This document shows, piece after piece, positions 61,519-63,074 of a stretch of 63,074 bases of DNA. Position numbers and translations under genes: made by a program. The notes under the pieces were generated by a model. It was not told the DNA's origin and made no database searches. It saw nothing but the letters and a program-made list of their open reading frames with translations. Numbering within the stretch: position 1 is the first letter of the stretch; the number at the start of each line of letters is the position of its first letter. Source of the stretch: Mitosporidium daphniae (taxonomy: Eukaryota); the NCBI RefSeq assembly GCF_000760515.2, contig NW_013546634.1:1-63074 (forward strand), given 5' to 3'.

Positions 61519-63074
61519 AAACAGCCAGCCAGAAAGAAACCCTGATATACCGGGCTTAATAAAACCTCACTAAGCACAATTCCTAAATTGATCGTCCATT
61601 GTCCGCTGAAGTATCTCAGCATTTTCACAAGTTGAAGCTATTTTTAGGGTAAGAGTGATGACTTTTGGTAAATTTTCAATGCAAAACATATTGGCGGTCG
61701 GTGGTCAAGTCAAGTGTCGCTGTTGTCTGGTCATTTTATCTTTATTGTAATGTGTGCCTGTCCACAGTTATAGTTACCGCGATAAGGTTAGGGGGTTCGT
61801 CTCCTTCATCACTGGGGGATCCAGCAATATGACACGCATTAAAAGAATCGATGATGAATAAAAGCGGCATGCATCATGTCCCATGTCTTGGGTGTCTGTT
61901 GTTGCCTATATTTTGTAAAGAAAGACTCTCTGAAAAGGCGAAAATTCATGCTCTATTNTTAAAAAAGCTGTGGCTGACATTTATGCTGAGGTAGTTCTTT
62001 AAATTCAAGCTTACTCGCGGCTATGCAGCGTATTGCGTTGCAAAAGCTCGCGTAGCTCTTCAAACACCGATAGATATTATATATGTTGTGATGGCTCTCT
62101 TGCATCGAATCTGGTGTACTTTAGGTGTCCCCTAATGCTAAAGCCATATATCAACGAGTCTAAGACTGAAGGCTAGATTGCACAATAGGGTTAGATCCAA
62201 GCTAAAATGGACTACCATCAAACGGAGGAGGTGCCAAATTCCAGCTTTAAATTTAACGCCGAGCTGTGGAAATATACTGAACATTAGTTGTCAATTTGAT
62301 TTAAAACATTTAGGCACAACAGCAGATCAACCGCGAACAAATACAATAAGTTCATAAGTGGCCGGTGCACGAGAAACCCACCCAGGTTTAAAACATGGGT
62401 CTAAACCAATAATCTTGATGCGGGTTCGAAGGATCAAAAACTATGGTGCAATATACATGGTCCAAATTTATCACCAATCTGGCGATAGGCCTAGTGTAAA
62501 TTAGAAACTTGAAAGGACAAAAATCCGTGGCATTTCCTTGATCGCTATTGGCTAGTCAATATATCAAAACGCAAGGCTTAGTTATTCAGAATAGGCAATG
62601 GATAGTGCTTCGATAAATGCATCCCACAAGCGATATTTCTCTCTTTTGTTCGAGCTATGCATGCATATATACATATGTATCTCAAAAATAGTTTCTTTAG
62701 TCCAGCTCTGATCCTGCTTCTAGTAGGGATTCCATATTTTAAAATATTCAATGTTCATTTTTTCTTAATGGCGCGAGCATCAGTAAGATGAACTGCAATA
62801 TAGCCCACCTAAACTAAGATAACCTAACCTTTAACAACTCGAGTGCTCGGAATTATCTCTGACGCCATATCTTCCGGTGCCGTGCCCATTCGGGAAAAGG
62901 CCCAGGTGCCTGCTCTGACAGGATAGTAATTATAGAGCGGATTTCATCGATATTTTTTACATTCTGAAGTATCAATAACTAGCTCCCAGAGCCTTGGGNT
63001 TCTAATTGAAATATATTATGTGCTTTTAGGAACCCAAACTTTTAAATCTCAAGCCTATAAAATCACCTTTATTT

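Overview
This is gene-dense eukaryotic nuclear DNA from a compact fungus-related genome. I read about 40 protein genes and two tRNA genes (Ser-AGA, Leu-TAA), with many very short spliceosomal introns (mostly about 23-40 nt, degenerate GT donors, some AAG acceptors, one probable GC donor) and intergenic gaps as short as 12-17 nt. Mitochondrial genes (LPD1 with a presequence, GUF1) sit alongside microsporidia-like AAATTT start signals. This suggests an early-diverging microsporidian or Rozellomycota such as Mitosporidium or Paramicrosporidium (inference only). Most genes are housekeeping. The points most worth checking are: an SF3A2/Prp11 gene whose conserved start is ATA rather than ATG; two head-to-head gene pairs with ATGs only 14 and 17 nt apart; a highly diverged HUS1-like gene carrying a coding (TTGGGG)7 tract; an intergenic structured-RNA candidate at about 47.8-48.0 kb; a PD-(D/E)XK/Crinkler-like ORF at the left edge; a secreted tyrosinase; and an apparent frameshift in VMA8. 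Gene spans include introns, were spliced by eye, and were assigned to families from remembered motifs, not database searches.
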